From: Bacteroidota bacterium
Lineage (GTDB): Bacteria; Bacteroidota; Bacteroidia; Flavobacteriales; Weeksellaceae
Length of the DNA: 64,000 nt
Direction of reading: 5' to 3'
NCBI GenBank assembly: GCA_023458535.1
Contig: JAEWYW010000062.1
Span: 16,733 to 80,732, forward strand
Shown here: positions 40,421-50,906 of the stretch, piece after piece
How the letters are laid out: each line of letters starts with the position of its first letter
Numbering within the stretch: the stretch's first letter is position 1
Program-made: the position numbers and the translations under genes
Notes under the pieces: generated by a model
What the model was told of the DNA's origin: nothing
Seen by the model: the letters and a program-made list of their open reading frames with translations, nothing else
The model's database searches: none

Positions 40421-41503
40421 ATGAATTTATCAGACTTAAAAAATGACTGGATTTCAGAGTTTCCTCAACCTTTGATTATTGCTGGTCCCTGCAGTGCCGA
40501 AAGTGAACAGCAGATGCTGGAAACTGCAGAAAGGATAAAAAATACTCAATCCAATGTACCCGTATTCCGTGCTGGAATTTGGAAACCACGCACCAAACCC
40601 AACGGTTTTGAGGGTGTTGGTGTCATAGGTCTCAACTGGCTCAAGAAAGTAAAAGATGAATTCGGTTTTAAAACAGCTACCGAAGTAGCCAACGCACACC
40701 ACGTGTATGCTGCCTTGGAGGCAGATGTGGATATTCTTTGGATTGGGGCGCGCTCTACCGTTAATCCGTTTACTGTCCAGGAAATTGCAGTCGCTTTGAA
40801 AGATACCCAAAAACCTGTTCTGGTGAAAAATCCAGTAAATCCAGACTTGGCGCTGTGGATTGGTGCTATGGAACGCCTTCTCGGGCAGGGAATCCAGAAT
40901 TTAAGCGCCATTCATAGGGGTTTCTCAACCTACCAAAAAACAAAATACAGAAATATTCCCAATTGGCAGATTGCTTTAGATTTTAAAAATCAGTTTCCTA
41001 ATATTCCAATGATTGTTGATCCTTCACATATTTGTGGCAACAGAACAGGCCTGGCAGGAGTCACTCAGGAAGCACTGAATGTCGGTTACCAGGGTGCCAT
41101 GATTGAAACACATTCTAATCCCGATGCTGCGTGGAGTGACGCTTCACAACAGATAACACCGGAAGTATTGGCCGAGTTGATTGATAATTTGAAAGTGAGA
41201 ACTGCAGATATTACTGGTTTTGATAATGATATGGAAAGGCACAGAACTTTAATTTCTGATCTTGATTTTCAATTGATTGAGCTTCTTTCGCAAAGGATGA
41301 AGATTTCAGAAAAAATCGGTCTCTTGAAAAAAGAAAATAATATCGCTATCTTTCAACCCGAAAGATGGAAAATCATCACTGAATATGCCAGTTTGAAGGC
41401 CAACGAAACGGGAATGTCTCAGGATTTTATTGAGAAGATTTTTAAAGCGATTCACGAAGAGTCTATTGAAGTTCAAAACGGTATTATGATCAATAAATAT
41501 TAA
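40421..41503 (+). CDS. Bifunctional DAHP synthase / chorismate mutase
   Basis: IAGPCSAES, RAGIWKPRT, WIGAR, DPSH; C-terminal chorismate mutase pattern R..I...D..L..LL..R. Confidence 0.93.
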   Translation: MNLSDLKNDWISEFPQPLIIAGPCSAESEQQMLETAERIKNTQSNVPVFRAGIWKPRTKPNGFEGVGVIGLNWLKKVKDEFGFKTATEVANAHHVYAALEADVDILWIGARSTVNPFTVQEIAVALKDTQKPVLVKNPVNPDLALWIGAMERLLGQGIQNLSAIHRGFSTYQKTKYRNIPNWQIALDFKNQFPNIPMIVDPSHICGNRTGLAGVTQEALNVGYQGAMIETHSNPDAAWSDASQQITPEVLAELIDNLKVRTADITGFDNDMERHRTLISDLDFQLIELLSQRMKISEKIGLLKKENNIAIFQPERWKIITEYASLKANETGMSQDFIEKIFKAIHEESIEVQNGIMINKY

Positions 41504-41515
41504 CACATTTCTTTT

Positions 41516-42442
41516 ATGAAAGGAAAAGTCATCAAATCCACAGGAAGTTGGTATCAGGTTTTAGATGAAGAATCTGGAAAAATTTATGAAGCCAGAATTC
41601 GCGGTAAATTCAAATTAATTAAAACCCGACTTACCAATCCGCTTGCTGTGGGCGACTTTGTGGAGTTTCAGCTTGAGGCAGACGATGTGGCATGGATTAC
41701 AAAGATAGAACCCAGAAAAAATTACCTGATACGTAAATCTGTAAACCTGTCGAAAGAAGCCCACATTATTGCGGCGAACATAGATTTGGCCTGTTTTATT
41801 TTTACCCTTAAGCATCCAGAAACTTCTTTAGGATTTTTAGATCGTTTTCTGGTTTGCTGTGAAGCTTATAATATTGAGCCTCTTATTTTGTTTAATAAAA
41901 TGGATGTTCTAACTGCAGAAGAAACAGAACTGGTAAAGGACATTGAGTATTTATATAATGAAATTGGTTATCAGTCTTTGGAAATATCTTCCTATTCAAA
42001 ACTTAATCTCGACCAGCTGAAAGATATTTTAAAAGACAAAACGTCTGTATTTTTTGGACATTCTGGCTGCGGAAAGTCAACTTTAGTCAATGCACTTCAG
42101 CCTGGTCTTAATCTGAAGACTTCCGAAATTTCAGAAACGCACCTTAAGGGAAAGCATACCACTACTTTTGCACAGATGTATTTTTGGGATTTCGGTGGCA
42201 ATGTTATCGATACTCCAGGAGTTCGTGAATTTGCCATGATAGATGTGGAGAAAGAGGAAATTCAGCATTATTTTCCTGAGATTTTTAGAACAGGTCACGA
42301 TTGCAAATACCACAATTGTATGCACATTAATGAACCAAAATGCGCTGTGCTTAATGCGTTGGAAGAAGGCAAAATAGATATCTCGAGATATGCTACATAT
42401 CTGAAGCTGATGGAGGAAGCCGAAGAACTTTCCATGAAATAA
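41516..42442 (+). CDS. rsgA: Ribosome small subunit-dependent GTPase A
   Basis: NKMD, GHSGCGKST, GKHTTT, DTPG, C.Y.NC.H.NEP.C. Confidence 0.97.
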   Translation: MKGKVIKSTGSWYQVLDEESGKIYEARIRGKFKLIKTRLTNPLAVGDFVEFQLEADDVAWITKIEPRKNYLIRKSVNLSKEAHIIAANIDLACFIFTLKHPETSLGFLDRFLVCCEAYNIEPLILFNKMDVLTAEETELVKDIEYLYNEIGYQSLEISSYSKLNLDQLKDILKDKTSVFFGHSGCGKSTLVNALQPGLNLKTSEISETHLKGKHTTTFAQMYFWDFGGNVIDTPGVREFAMIDVEKEEIQHYFPEIFRTGHDCKYHNCMHINEPKCAVLNALEEGKIDISRYATYLKLMEEAEELSMK

Positions 42443-42507
42443 AAAACCCAGCCGAAGCTGGGTAAAAACTAATAACCATGAAAACTCAAATTAAACATGA
42501 GAATCGC
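42441..42507 (-). ncRNA. Putative sigma54-dependent small RNA
   Basis: Minus strand TTTGGCA-TATAAA-TTG promoter (42519-42534) and CCCAGC-TTCG-GCTGGG-T6 terminator; both flanking genes are on +. Confidence 0.55.
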
Positions 42508-42647
42508 AATTGTTTATTCAATTTATATGCCAAAGAAAATTTGAGAGTCTTAATAAAGGTTATAGTTTTGTTAAAATAAATTAAAATTATAAGAAGCTGA
42601 TTTTTTTAGTATTTTTGCATCTTTAAAAAAGTAAATATTTATATCCT

Positions 42648-43067
42648 ATGTCAAATAACATTACATTCACTATGATTAAGCCTGATGCAGTTGCAGACGG
42701 ACATATCGGTGCAATATTGGGGAAAATTGCAGAAGCAGGTTTCAAAATTAAAGCTTTAAAATTAACACAGCTTACAGTTGCAGATGCTAAAAAGTTCTAC
42801 GAAGTACACGCAGAGAGACCTTTCTACGGAGAATTGGTTGATTTTATGTCTTCAGGACCTATCGTTGCTGCAGTTTTAGAAAAAGATAATGCGGTGGAAG
42901 ATTTCAGAACGCTTATTGGTGCTACCAATCCTGCTGAAGCTGCTGAGGGAACAATAAGAAAAATGTTTGCTAGAAGCATCGGAGAAAACGCAGTTCACGG
43001 TTCAGATTCAGATGAAAATGCGCAAATAGAAGCTGCGTTCCACTTCGCTGGAAAAGAAATTTTCTAG
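42648..43067 (+). CDS. ndk: Nucleoside diphosphate kinase
   Basis: [23 protein letters not shown]. Confidence 0.98.
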   Translation: MSNNITFTMIKPDAVADGHIGAILGKIAEAGFKIKALKLTQLTVADAKKFYEVHAERPFYGELVDFMSSGPIVAAVLEKDNAVEDFRTLIGATNPAEAAEGTIRKMFARSIGENAVHGSDSDENAQIEAAFHFAGKEIF

Positions 43068-43136
43068 TTGGAATATTTAAAAATATTTATCGACATAAAA
43101 ACCACATTTGATATGTGGTTTTTTTATTTTTGATAT

Positions 43137-43913
43137 ATGGATAAGGAGAATATTGGATTGGTGCTTTCTGGTGGCGGAACCCGAGGAGTTGCTCATGCAG
43201 GAGTGCTAAAATTTTTAGAAGAAAATAATATAGATATTGACGTTTTAGCTTGTTGCAGTGCGGGATCCCTCGTAGGTTGTCTCTTTGCAGAAGGCAAGTC
43301 TTCCCAAGAGATTTTGGATTTTTTCAAATCTGTTTATTTCTTCAACTGGAAACACTTTGCATTTAATCAGCCAGGTTTGGTTTCCTCTTTTATATTTCGA
43401 GAGTATCTGCATCCCATATTTGGAGATTCCCGAATTGGGGACTTGCCGAAAAAAGTGAAAATTGTAGCGACCGAGCTTGTATCTGGAAACGAAAAGATTT
43501 TCGACGACGATTTTAAAATTTGTGATGCAATAATTGCTTCATGCTCCATCCCTGGTATTACAACACCTTTTATTTATGAAAATGAAATATATTGTGACGG
43601 AGGCGTTTTAAACAATTTTCCTGCCGACGTAATTCAGGACGAATGTGACAAGCTCATCGGGGTATATGTATCACCGCCTCACGAAGTGAAATTCGAAGAT
43701 TTGAATACCATAAAATCCATCGTTTCCCGCTCTTATGATTTGCTCTCTTACCGAGTAGAACGTTTAAAATTTGCTTATTGTGACTGGCTGATTATTCCTC
43801 CAAAATTATCAAATTATGGAACTTTTGAACGTAAAGCCTACCGCTTAGAAGAAATCTTCAATCTCGGATATCAAGCGGCAAAGGACAGCTTCGATCCCGA
43901 AAAATTTAAGTAG
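43137..43913 (+). CDS. Patatin-like phospholipase
   Basis: LSGGG.RG.AH.G, CSAGS, DGG..NNFP. Confidence 0.92.
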   Translation: MDKENIGLVLSGGGTRGVAHAGVLKFLEENNIDIDVLACCSAGSLVGCLFAEGKSSQEILDFFKSVYFFNWKHFAFNQPGLVSSFIFREYLHPIFGDSRIGDLPKKVKIVATELVSGNEKIFDDDFKICDAIIASCSIPGITTPFIYENEIYCDGGVLNNFPADVIQDECDKLIGVYVSPPHEVKFEDLNTIKSIVSRSYDLLSYRVERLKFAYCDWLIIPPKLSNYGTFERKAYRLEEIFNLGYQAAKDSFDPEKFK

Positions 43914-44613
43914 TCACATATTCCGTATAATAGGCAAAAGCCTCTTCCAAACTGCCAAATTTCCCTTTAAAATCTTCAATAGGAGAGTCTTGCATAATAT
44001 TTCCTTTATGTATTAATATAACCCTTGAACACAAAGCTTCCACCTCCTGCATAATATGTGTAGACAGAATAATGGTTTTTTCTCTTCCTATTTCTCTGAT
44101 GACATTCCTGATTTCTAAAATCTGATTCGGATCCAAACCATTGGTTGGTTCATCTAAAATAAGTAAATCAGGTTGATGGATAATGGCCTGCGCCAGTCCA
44201 ACTCTTTGCTTATAACCTTTGGAGAGCTGACCGATTTTCTTATTCATCTCTGGTGTAATGCCTACTAGTTCAATTACTTCATCTATTCTCGAAGTGGGAA
44301 GACCATGAATGTTGGCTACAAATTGAAGATATTCTTTGATGTACATTTCCAGATACAAAGGATTGTTTTCGGGGAGAAAACCAATCTTTTTCTTACTTTC
44401 AATAGGGTATGCAGTGATGTTTTTTTCATCAAAAATAATATTGCCTTCATCAATATTCAAAGCGCCAACAATGGATTTCATAAGGGTAGATTTTCCGGCA
44501 CCATTGGGGCCTAATAAACCAATAATCTCATTTCGTTGGATGGAGATGTTGATATCGTTCAGAGCAACCTGCTCGCCAAATTTCTTGGTTAAATGCTGTA
44601 TTTGAAGTGACAT
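43906..44613 (-). CDS. ABC ATP-binding protein, GldA-like
   Basis: GPNGAGKS, GFLPENNPLY, LSKGYKQRVGLAQA, DEPTNGLDPNQ. Confidence 0.88.
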   Translation of the reverse strand: MSLQIQHLTKKFGEQVALNDINISIQRNEIIGLLGPNGAGKSTLMKSIVGALNIDEGNIIFDEKNITAYPIESKKKIGFLPENNPLYLEMYIKEYLQFVANIHGLPTSRIDEVIELVGITPEMNKKIGQLSKGYKQRVGLAQAIIHQPDLLILDEPTNGLDPNQILEIRNVIREIGREKTIILSTHIMQEVEALCSRVILIHKGNIMQDSPIEDFKGKFGSLEEAFAYYTEYVTT

Positions 44614-44697
44614 TGAAATGCTTTTCTTTTTACAAAAATAAAAAATAAAAACCTCACTCTGTAAAGAATGAGGTTTTTTGTATGTTTTTAAATATTC

Positions 44698-45294
44698 TTA
44701 TCTTCTTTTGGTAGGAGATTTCTTCTTGTTAATAACAGAGGTTGCCTTTTCTTCTTTCTCTGCTTCTGCTTTTGCTTCGTTTACCAAAGCCGTTTTCTGA
44801 GCATTCGCATCGGCCTGGTTTACAATTGGTGATTTTTCGTAGGCAATAGATTTACCTGTAGATTTTCCGAAAATTTTATCGATTTGTTTTTTAGTCAAAA
44901 ATGGAGATTTACCTACATATTTTTTGTTCTTATTCATGTACTGGATGAACTGAACAGTAGGTTGTCCGTAGTTTTTCTCGAAGTGCAGTTCAATAATATC
45001 ATTAGGGAGCTCCAATGAGATATTAGATCCCGAAACATCTATAAACCCGTCTGAAATCAATTTATAAAGACCTTCAACATCTCTGTTCAAATCTAAAAAT
45101 GTAAAAGAACGATAGGTATTAAGATTAGCCGTGTTTCTGTCTTGATAATGGAAAGTATATCGATTTGCCTTTTTGAATAAGCCTACAGAATTGTCGCTTC
45201 CAATTTCTGATAAAGATTCATTTTTTAGAACTTTTATTTGAGAAAAAGCTGTACTAAAAACACAAAATGCAAGAAGTAAAAAGATTTTTTTCAT
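44698..45294 (-). CDS. Hypothetical exported protein
   Basis: Sec signal peptide; 198 aa. Confidence 0.75.
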   Translation of the reverse strand: MKKIFLLLAFCVFSTAFSQIKVLKNESLSEIGSDNSVGLFKKANRYTFHYQDRNTANLNTYRSFTFLDLNRDVEGLYKLISDGFIDVSGSNISLELPNDIIELHFEKNYGQPTVQFIQYMNKNKKYVGKSPFLTKKQIDKIFGKSTGKSIAYEKSPIVNQADANAQKTALVNEAKAEAEKEEKATSVINKKKSPTKRR

Positions 45295-45517
45295 TGAGAA
45301 TGGTTTTGGTCAACAATAGCTTTAGAAGAAATTATTGGGTTAATAAAAAGAGGTAATAAAAATTTTTTCGTTACAAAAATAAGATTTTTTTTTAAACTAA
45401 AATCTCGAACTCGCAAACTGACAAATCCTATGCCGATGGAAGTATTTAAAGTTTAATAAATTATGAATAACATCACATCCTTTAAAATAAAAAAAACCGC
45501 CTTGTGAGCGGTTTTTG

Positions 45518-45591
45518 TGACCTCGACAGGATTCAAACCTGTAACCTTCTGAGCCGTAATCAGATGCGCTATTCAGTTGCGCCACGAGGCC
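45518..45591 (-). tRNA. tRNA-Arg(ACG)
   Basis: GGCCTCG acceptor stem; anticodon arm TCTGA-TTACGGC-TCAGA; CCA not encoded; terminator at about 45491-45516. Confidence 0.96.
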
Positions 45592-45636
45592 GTTTTTCGG
45601 TTTGCAAATATAGCACTTTTTTCTTTCCTTTGAAAG

Positions 45637-46683
45637 ATGAAAGCAAAAATTCTACTTTTATTTTTAGCAATTCTCTTAATCGGTTGTAAACAAGAGCCTA
45701 AAAATACTCAAAATAACAAGCAAAAAATTTCCGAAAGAGTTCATTTGTCTGAAAATGCACAAAACATTGAACTTCAATCTGGCAAATTCACTTACGTTTT
45801 ACCCAAAGAAAATCTGCCCTATAAAAAAGTTATTGTACTTAACGCCAGTTTAATTGGCTACATTACGGCATTGGAAGTAGAAAATACTTTGGTGGGGGTT
45901 TCAAGTCCTGAATATATTTACTCAGAAAAAATTCAGAAATTAATTCAAGAGGGAAAAACTCAAAACGTGGGCAATGAACAAAAATATGATGTAGAAAAAA
46001 TTATCGCTTTACACCCAGATATTGTGATTACCAACTACATCAGCAGTTTCGAAAATGTTTACAACACCTTGCAGACGAATGGCATTCAGGTCATATTTCT
46101 CGACGAATATCTTGAGCAAGATCCCTTGGAAAAGTCTTCCTATCTCAAAATTTTTGGGAAGCTATTAGGTAAGGAGCAACAAGCCGATGAGCTGTATTCG
46201 CAAATCGTAGACAATTATACAAGCACCAAAAGCTTGGCAGCTAAAGAACACGAAAAACCCAATATTATTTCTAACGAAATGTACGGAAGCATTTGGTACA
46301 TGCCTGGCGGAAGAACGGCAGTAGCAAGATTGATTAATGATGCTGGCGGTAATTACATCCTAAAAGACAATGGTGAAGATAAGGCTGTGAATATGAGTTT
46401 TGAAGAGGTGTTCAGTATTTCAAAAAATGCTCAAATCTGGATGAATGCAGGAAATCATGCTTCTAAGAAAAATATGCTGATAGCTAACGCCAATTACTCA
46501 AAATTAAATGTTTTTAATCATGGTAAAATCTATGGCATAACAGGCCGCCAAAAAGACAAAACCAATGATTTCTTTGAAAGTGGTGTTGTGCGTGCCGACT
46601 GGGTACTGCAAGACTACGTGAAGATTTTTCATCCGCATTTATTGCCAAAACATGATTTGATTTATATGAAGGAAATACAATAG
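45637..46683 (+). CDS. BtuF/FepB-like ABC substrate-binding lipoprotein
   Basis: Lipobox LIGC; E.II.L.PD, EYLE..PL.K, FFESGV.R.D.VL.D. Confidence 0.85.
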   Translation: MKAKILLLFLAILLIGCKQEPKNTQNNKQKISERVHLSENAQNIELQSGKFTYVLPKENLPYKKVIVLNASLIGYITALEVENTLVGVSSPEYIYSEKIQKLIQEGKTQNVGNEQKYDVEKIIALHPDIVITNYISSFENVYNTLQTNGIQVIFLDEYLEQDPLEKSSYLKIFGKLLGKEQQADELYSQIVDNYTSTKSLAAKEHEKPNIISNEMYGSIWYMPGGRTAVARLINDAGGNYILKDNGEDKAVNMSFEEVFSISKNAQIWMNAGNHASKKNMLIANANYSKLNVFNHGKIYGITGRQKDKTNDFFESGVVRADWVLQDYVKIFHPHLLPKHDLIYMKEIQ

Positions 46684-46722
46684 TAGAACATTAATTAGTA
46701 TTTTTGCGCCATTATCATCATT

Positions 46723-47367
46723 ATGTGGAAGAAGATTAAGAAAATCATTTTTATAATCATTGCGCTGAATGTGCTGTTTATTATTTGGGGAAGATTTTTC
46801 AATCCACCCATTACGCTCACCCAGTTGGGAGGACTTTTCCAGTACGGAAAATTGAACAGAGATTATATTTCTTATGATGAAATGGGAACCAATGTTAAGA
46901 AAGCTGTATTAGCCTCAGAAGATCAGAAATTCTTTGATCATAAAGGTTTCGATTATAAAGCCATCGAAAAAGCCATGAAGCATAATGAGAAGGGTAAAAA
47001 ACTGCGTGGAGGCAGCACGATTTCGCAGCAGACTGCTAAAAATGTATTCTTGTGGCAGGGAAGAAGTTGGATAAGAAAAGGTTTGGAGACCGTTTATACC
47101 TTCATCATAGAAAAAGTTTGGAGCAAAGACATCATTCTTGAAAGATACCTCAATTCCATTGAGATGGGTCAGGGAGTTTTCGGTGTTGAAGCAGCATCAG
47201 AATATTATTTTGGTAAATCTGCAAAAAATTTAACCAAGTCTGAAGCTGCGTGGATAGCGGTTATTTTGCCCAATCCTAAAAAATACGATCCCAACAATCC
47301 CTCTGCTTATTTGCGTAAAAAGCACAATTGGGTAATGCGACAGATGAACAATGTTAGATTGAAATAG
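46723..47367 (+). CDS. mtgA: Monofunctional peptidoglycan transglycosylase
   Basis: ASEDQKF..H.GFD, GGSTISQQTAKN, YLN.IE.G.G..G. Confidence 0.96.
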   Translation: MWKKIKKIIFIIIALNVLFIIWGRFFNPPITLTQLGGLFQYGKLNRDYISYDEMGTNVKKAVLASEDQKFFDHKGFDYKAIEKAMKHNEKGKKLRGGSTISQQTAKNVFLWQGRSWIRKGLETVYTFIIEKVWSKDIILERYLNSIEMGQGVFGVEAASEYYFGKSAKNLTKSEAAWIAVILPNPKKYDPNNPSAYLRKKHNWVMRQMNNVRLK

Positions 47368-47380
47368 TATCTTTGCCACA

Positions 47381-49414
47381 ATGAAGTTTTTAAGTCTACA
47401 CGCCAATAATTTCAAAGATGTTCTTAAAAAGTTTTTCTCTTTTAAGAACGAAACCCGTTCATTAGACCCACTGGCCGAGCTTTTGGACAGCATCAAGAGA
47501 GCAGATTTTAGTGATTTTATCAACTACCTTAAGCTAAATGAAGATATCCGAGAGAATTTCAGTCATTACATACATAATATTTTCGAAGGAAAACCTTTTA
47601 ACCTTTCCCTTACAGAGGCCAACATTCTTTCAGAAAATGCCTTTTTTCCAGAACTGAAAAAAAGAATACTCAATAAAGTATTACCTCCCGTAGAAAATGA
47701 AAATACCATTTGGTATTTGGTAGATTATGTTTCTATGCGACCTAAAAAAGATCTGGAGTATTTGAGAAACATTCCCTCTAAAGAGATGAATGAGCTCTTC
47801 TCATTATTGGGGATTTCGGATTTTGTAACGCACGAAAAGGTAAAGCGCGAACTTCTTTTCTCCATGAACATCCTGTCTTGGAGGGTTACTGGTATGGCAA
47901 TGGAAGTGGACGTGGTGAGAATGGCTCCGCAGTACAGAAATTTAGATAATCCATTTTTAGCACTACAGAATGAACTGGAGGCGTTGGCAGATGAGGTTGT
48001 TGAGAATCCAGAGTTGCAGCTACATTCTAAGGACAGCCGCTATAAGCAGATTAAAATCTATATAGAACAATGTCTGGAGTTTGTAAATATTGCGTTTAAA
48101 AATTCTTCAAAATACGGTATATCAGGGAAAATCAACCAGTCACTTCTTAAAATTCAGCAGCAGACGCAACGCATCTATGAAATTTTAAAACTTCTGGTAA
48201 TTAATGATCAGGAGGAGGAAGTGGTAAAGTCTAAACAACTGGTTTTTAATATTCTTAATTACAAATCTCACAAAAACAACATTTCAGAATTGGTAAATGA
48301 TTCTACGAGATTGTTGTCGCACCTCATTACCAATCACACCGCAGAAACGGGTTCACACTATATAACATCTACCACCAAAGAATACCTTAGGATGTTCTAT
48401 AAGGCGAGTGGTGGTGGGATCATTGTAGGTGCTTTATGTGTATTGAAACTCTTGTACGGGCACATTCCGGGGAGTGATTTTTCACATGCTTTTCTGTATT
48501 CGTTGAATTATGCGATGGGTTTTGTGATGATCTACCTGATGGGTTTCACGTTGGCGACCAAGCAGCCAGCGATGACCGCAGCCACCATGACGAAGATTTT
48601 ATCTGAAGGCAGCAATGAGGAACAACGTTATGTTGATTTTGCGCATTTGGTTTCGAAACTTTTTAGAACTCAGTTTATATCATTTGTTGGAAATGTACTG
48701 TTGGCATTTCCAGTTGCTTTGGCAATTATTTATGGACTGGATGTTTTTTTCTCTCAAAACATGGCGGTGGACAAGGCAGATAAATTATTAAAAGACCTCA
48801 ATCCTTTTGAGTCGAAAGCTATTCTCCACGCTTCAATTGCAGGATTTTTCCTTTTTATTTCTGGTATTATTTCAGGGAATATAGGTAACAACTCCGTATT
48901 TTATCAGATACCGAACAGAATTGCGAAAAATCAGTTCATCAAGAGGGTTTTTGGTGAGAAATTTGCAAAAAGTGCCTCAAAATATTATGCTAAAAATTGG
49001 GCTGGAATTGTATCCAACTTTTGGTTCGGTGTATTTTTGGGAGCAACGGCGCCTGTCGGTCTGTTTTTAGGTTTAGATTTGGATATTCGCCACATCACAT
49101 TCGCAGCAGGCAATTTCGCATTAGGAATTTATGGCAAGGAGTTTTCGGTGGATAACGCCACCTTTTGGATTTCCTTTGTGACGGTTTTCCTTATCGGGTT
49201 CTTTAACTTTTTGGTGAGTTTCGGACTGTCGATGTTGTTGGCATTCCGTTCAAGAAAGCTCAATTTTGGTCAGGTTGGAGATATCTTTAAGGCTATTTTT
49301 AAATATTTTCTTAAGAATCCTTTCAGGTTTTTCATCCCTCTTAAATCCGATTTAGATGAAAACGCCACAAAATTGGTAAATCATTCCCTGCCTATAAAAT
49401 CTGAAGATCAGTAA
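47381..49414 (+). CDS. Gcr/SpecificRecomb-family polytopic membrane protein
   Basis: G.HYI, A.GGG, LNYA.GF, TLATKQPAMTA, LDIRHITF. Confidence 0.8.
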   Translation: MKFLSLHANNFKDVLKKFFSFKNETRSLDPLAELLDSIKRADFSDFINYLKLNEDIRENFSHYIHNIFEGKPFNLSLTEANILSENAFFPELKKRILNKVLPPVENENTIWYLVDYVSMRPKKDLEYLRNIPSKEMNELFSLLGISDFVTHEKVKRELLFSMNILSWRVTGMAMEVDVVRMAPQYRNLDNPFLALQNELEALADEVVENPELQLHSKDSRYKQIKIYIEQCLEFVNIAFKNSSKYGISGKINQSLLKIQQQTQRIYEILKLLVINDQEEEVVKSKQLVFNILNYKSHKNNISELVNDSTRLLSHLITNHTAETGSHYITSTTKEYLRMFYKASGGGIIVGALCVLKLLYGHIPGSDFSHAFLYSLNYAMGFVMIYLMGFTLATKQPAMTAATMTKILSEGSNEEQRYVDFAHLVSKLFRTQFISFVGNVLLAFPVALAIIYGLDVFFSQNMAVDKADKLLKDLNPFESKAILHASIAGFFLFISGIISGNIGNNSVFYQIPNRIAKNQFIKRVFGEKFAKSASKYYAKNWAGIVSNFWFGVFLGATAPVGLFLGLDLDIRHITFAAGNFALGIYGKEFSVDNATFWISFVTVFLIGFFNFLVSFGLSMLLAFRSRKLNFGQVGDIFKAIFKYFLKNPFRFFIPLKSDLDENATKLVNHSLPIKSEDQ

Positions 49415-49685
49415 TTTTTTCGCTGCCAAATTTTAATTGGAATTTTTTAAAGTAGAATGTTTTCCTCATTTTAAAATCGTTCTTTAAAAGTGGCGATTTT
49501 ATTTTGATGTAAATGCAGTTTCCTCTATAATCCACTTTCTCAATTTCTTGAAATAAGGTTTCATCTAAATAGTCTTCCAAGAAATCTTTCACCTCGAAAG
49601 CCAATAATTTATCTTCAAAACCATAAATTTTGGAAAAAGATTTCACCAATTCTGAGGATTGATATTCGCGTTTTTTTTTCTTCAT
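49392..49685 (-). CDS. DciA/DUF721-like protein
   Basis: Small ORF downstream of recF; I...SP..KN.F pattern. Confidence 0.6.
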   Translation of the reverse strand: MKKKKREYQSSELVKSFSKIYGFEDKLLAFEVKDFLEDYLDETLFQEIEKVDYRGNCIYIKIKSPLLKNDFKMRKTFYFKKFQLKFGSEKITDLQIL

Positions 49686-49701
49686 TGTTATTACAATATG
49701 T

Positions 49702-49787
49702 TGTCATTCTGAACGAATACTGAGCTTGTCGAAGTAGAAGTGAAGAATCTTTTCAATCAAACGATTCCTCTTTAGTCGAAAAGATAA
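49702..49787. repeat. Degenerate nested REP-like element
   Basis: TGTCATTCTGAACG...GTGAAGAATCT with an inner CTGAGCTTGTCGAAG unit. Confidence 0.5.
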
Positions 49788-49815
49788 ATTATTAGAGTAT
49801 TAAATCGATTTAAAT

Positions 49816-50895
49816 TCAAATTTCAAAAATTTTACTCTCCTCGTTAATCCTTTTGACTACATTTTCAGTCCTTTCTAAATGCGTGTCGGTAATAAAAATC
49901 TGTCCAAAGTTTTCTTTATTTACCAATTCTATCAATTGAGAAACTCTATTATCATCCAGTTTATCAAAAATATCATCCAGTAAAACTATGGGATTTTTGC
50001 CCGTTAGTTTTTTAATTCTACTGATTTGAGCCAGTTTCAAGGCAATCAGAAAAGATTTCTGCTGACCTTGGGAACCAATTTTTTTAATCAGATTTCCATT
50101 CATTTTAAAAAGTAAATCATCTTTATGAACTCCTGCTGAAGTGTAGGTTAACACCCTGTCTTTATCAATATTTTGTTGTAATAAATCATCAAAATTCGAA
50201 TCTGTAAGATGTGATTGGTAACTAACTTCCACCTGTTCTTTTCCTCCAGAGATAATCTCATAAAACTCCTGAACAACTGGATTGAGATCTTCAATAAAAT
50301 CTTTTCTTTTGTTATAGATCTGTGTTCCAAATTTTGAAATTGGATCATTATAAATATCCAAAGAATCCAGATCAAAAGTCCTGTTTTTAGCAAAATATTT
50401 CAGCAACGCGTTTCTCTGCTGTATGGTTTTTTGATATTGAATAAGTGAAAAAAGATATTCCGAATCGGTTTGCGAAATCATGGCATCCAAAAACTTCCTT
50501 CTGCTTTCCCCTGAATCAGAAATTAAATTAGAATCATAAGGAGAAATCATCACAGAGGGCAAATAACCAATGTGATCTGCCAATCTCTCGTAAGTTTTAT
50601 CGTTTTTTTTAATGATTTTTTTGGCTTCTTTAGGCTGTAGAATCTTAATGATGTCCTCGTTGTCGTCATCCGAAACCAAAGCTTCAATACTGAAAAAATC
50701 TTCATCGTTTTCAATATTGTTTATATCGCTGTTCCCTAAAAAACTTTTTCCTACAGAAAGGTAATGCAAAGCATCTAAAATATTGGTTTTTCCAACGCCG
50801 TTATTGCCTACAAAACAGTTGATTTGTGGTGAAAGTTCAAAGGTTTTCTCAGGATGATTTTTAAAATGGAGCAAGGAAAGTTTTCCGATTTTCAT
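49816..50895 (-). CDS. recF: DNA replication/repair protein RecF
   Basis: G.NG.GKTN.LDA, RRKF.D, G.HKDD, GSQGQQKS, LLDDIFDKLD. Confidence 0.97.
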   Translation of the reverse strand: MKIGKLSLLHFKNHPEKTFELSPQINCFVGNNGVGKTNILDALHYLSVGKSFLGNSDINNIENDEDFFSIEALVSDDDNEDIIKILQPKEAKKIIKKNDKTYERLADHIGYLPSVMISPYDSNLISDSGESRRKFLDAMISQTDSEYLFSLIQYQKTIQQRNALLKYFAKNRTFDLDSLDIYNDPISKFGTQIYNKRKDFIEDLNPVVQEFYEIISGGKEQVEVSYQSHLTDSNFDDLLQQNIDKDRVLTYTSAGVHKDDLLFKMNGNLIKKIGSQGQQKSFLIALKLAQISRIKKLTGKNPIVLLDDIFDKLDDNRVSQLIELVNKENFGQIFITDTHLERTENVVKRINEESKIFEI

Positions 50896-50906
50896 AAGCC
50901 GAGCAA

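Noticed and set aside
42478..42579. 33-aa plus-strand ORF MKTQIKHEN…
   Set aside because: No promoter evident on +; promoter and terminator polarity favour a minus-strand RNA, though it is not fully excluded
45397..45689. Short ORFs over the tRNA; tRNA as an integration site
   Set aside because: The ORFs overlap tRNA-Arg; no integrase or duplicated tRNA 3' end seen
47381..49414. Site-specific recombinase or mobile element
   Set aside because: The family name is historical; the protein is multi-TM with no recognisable Tyr/Ser recombinase motif or att sites
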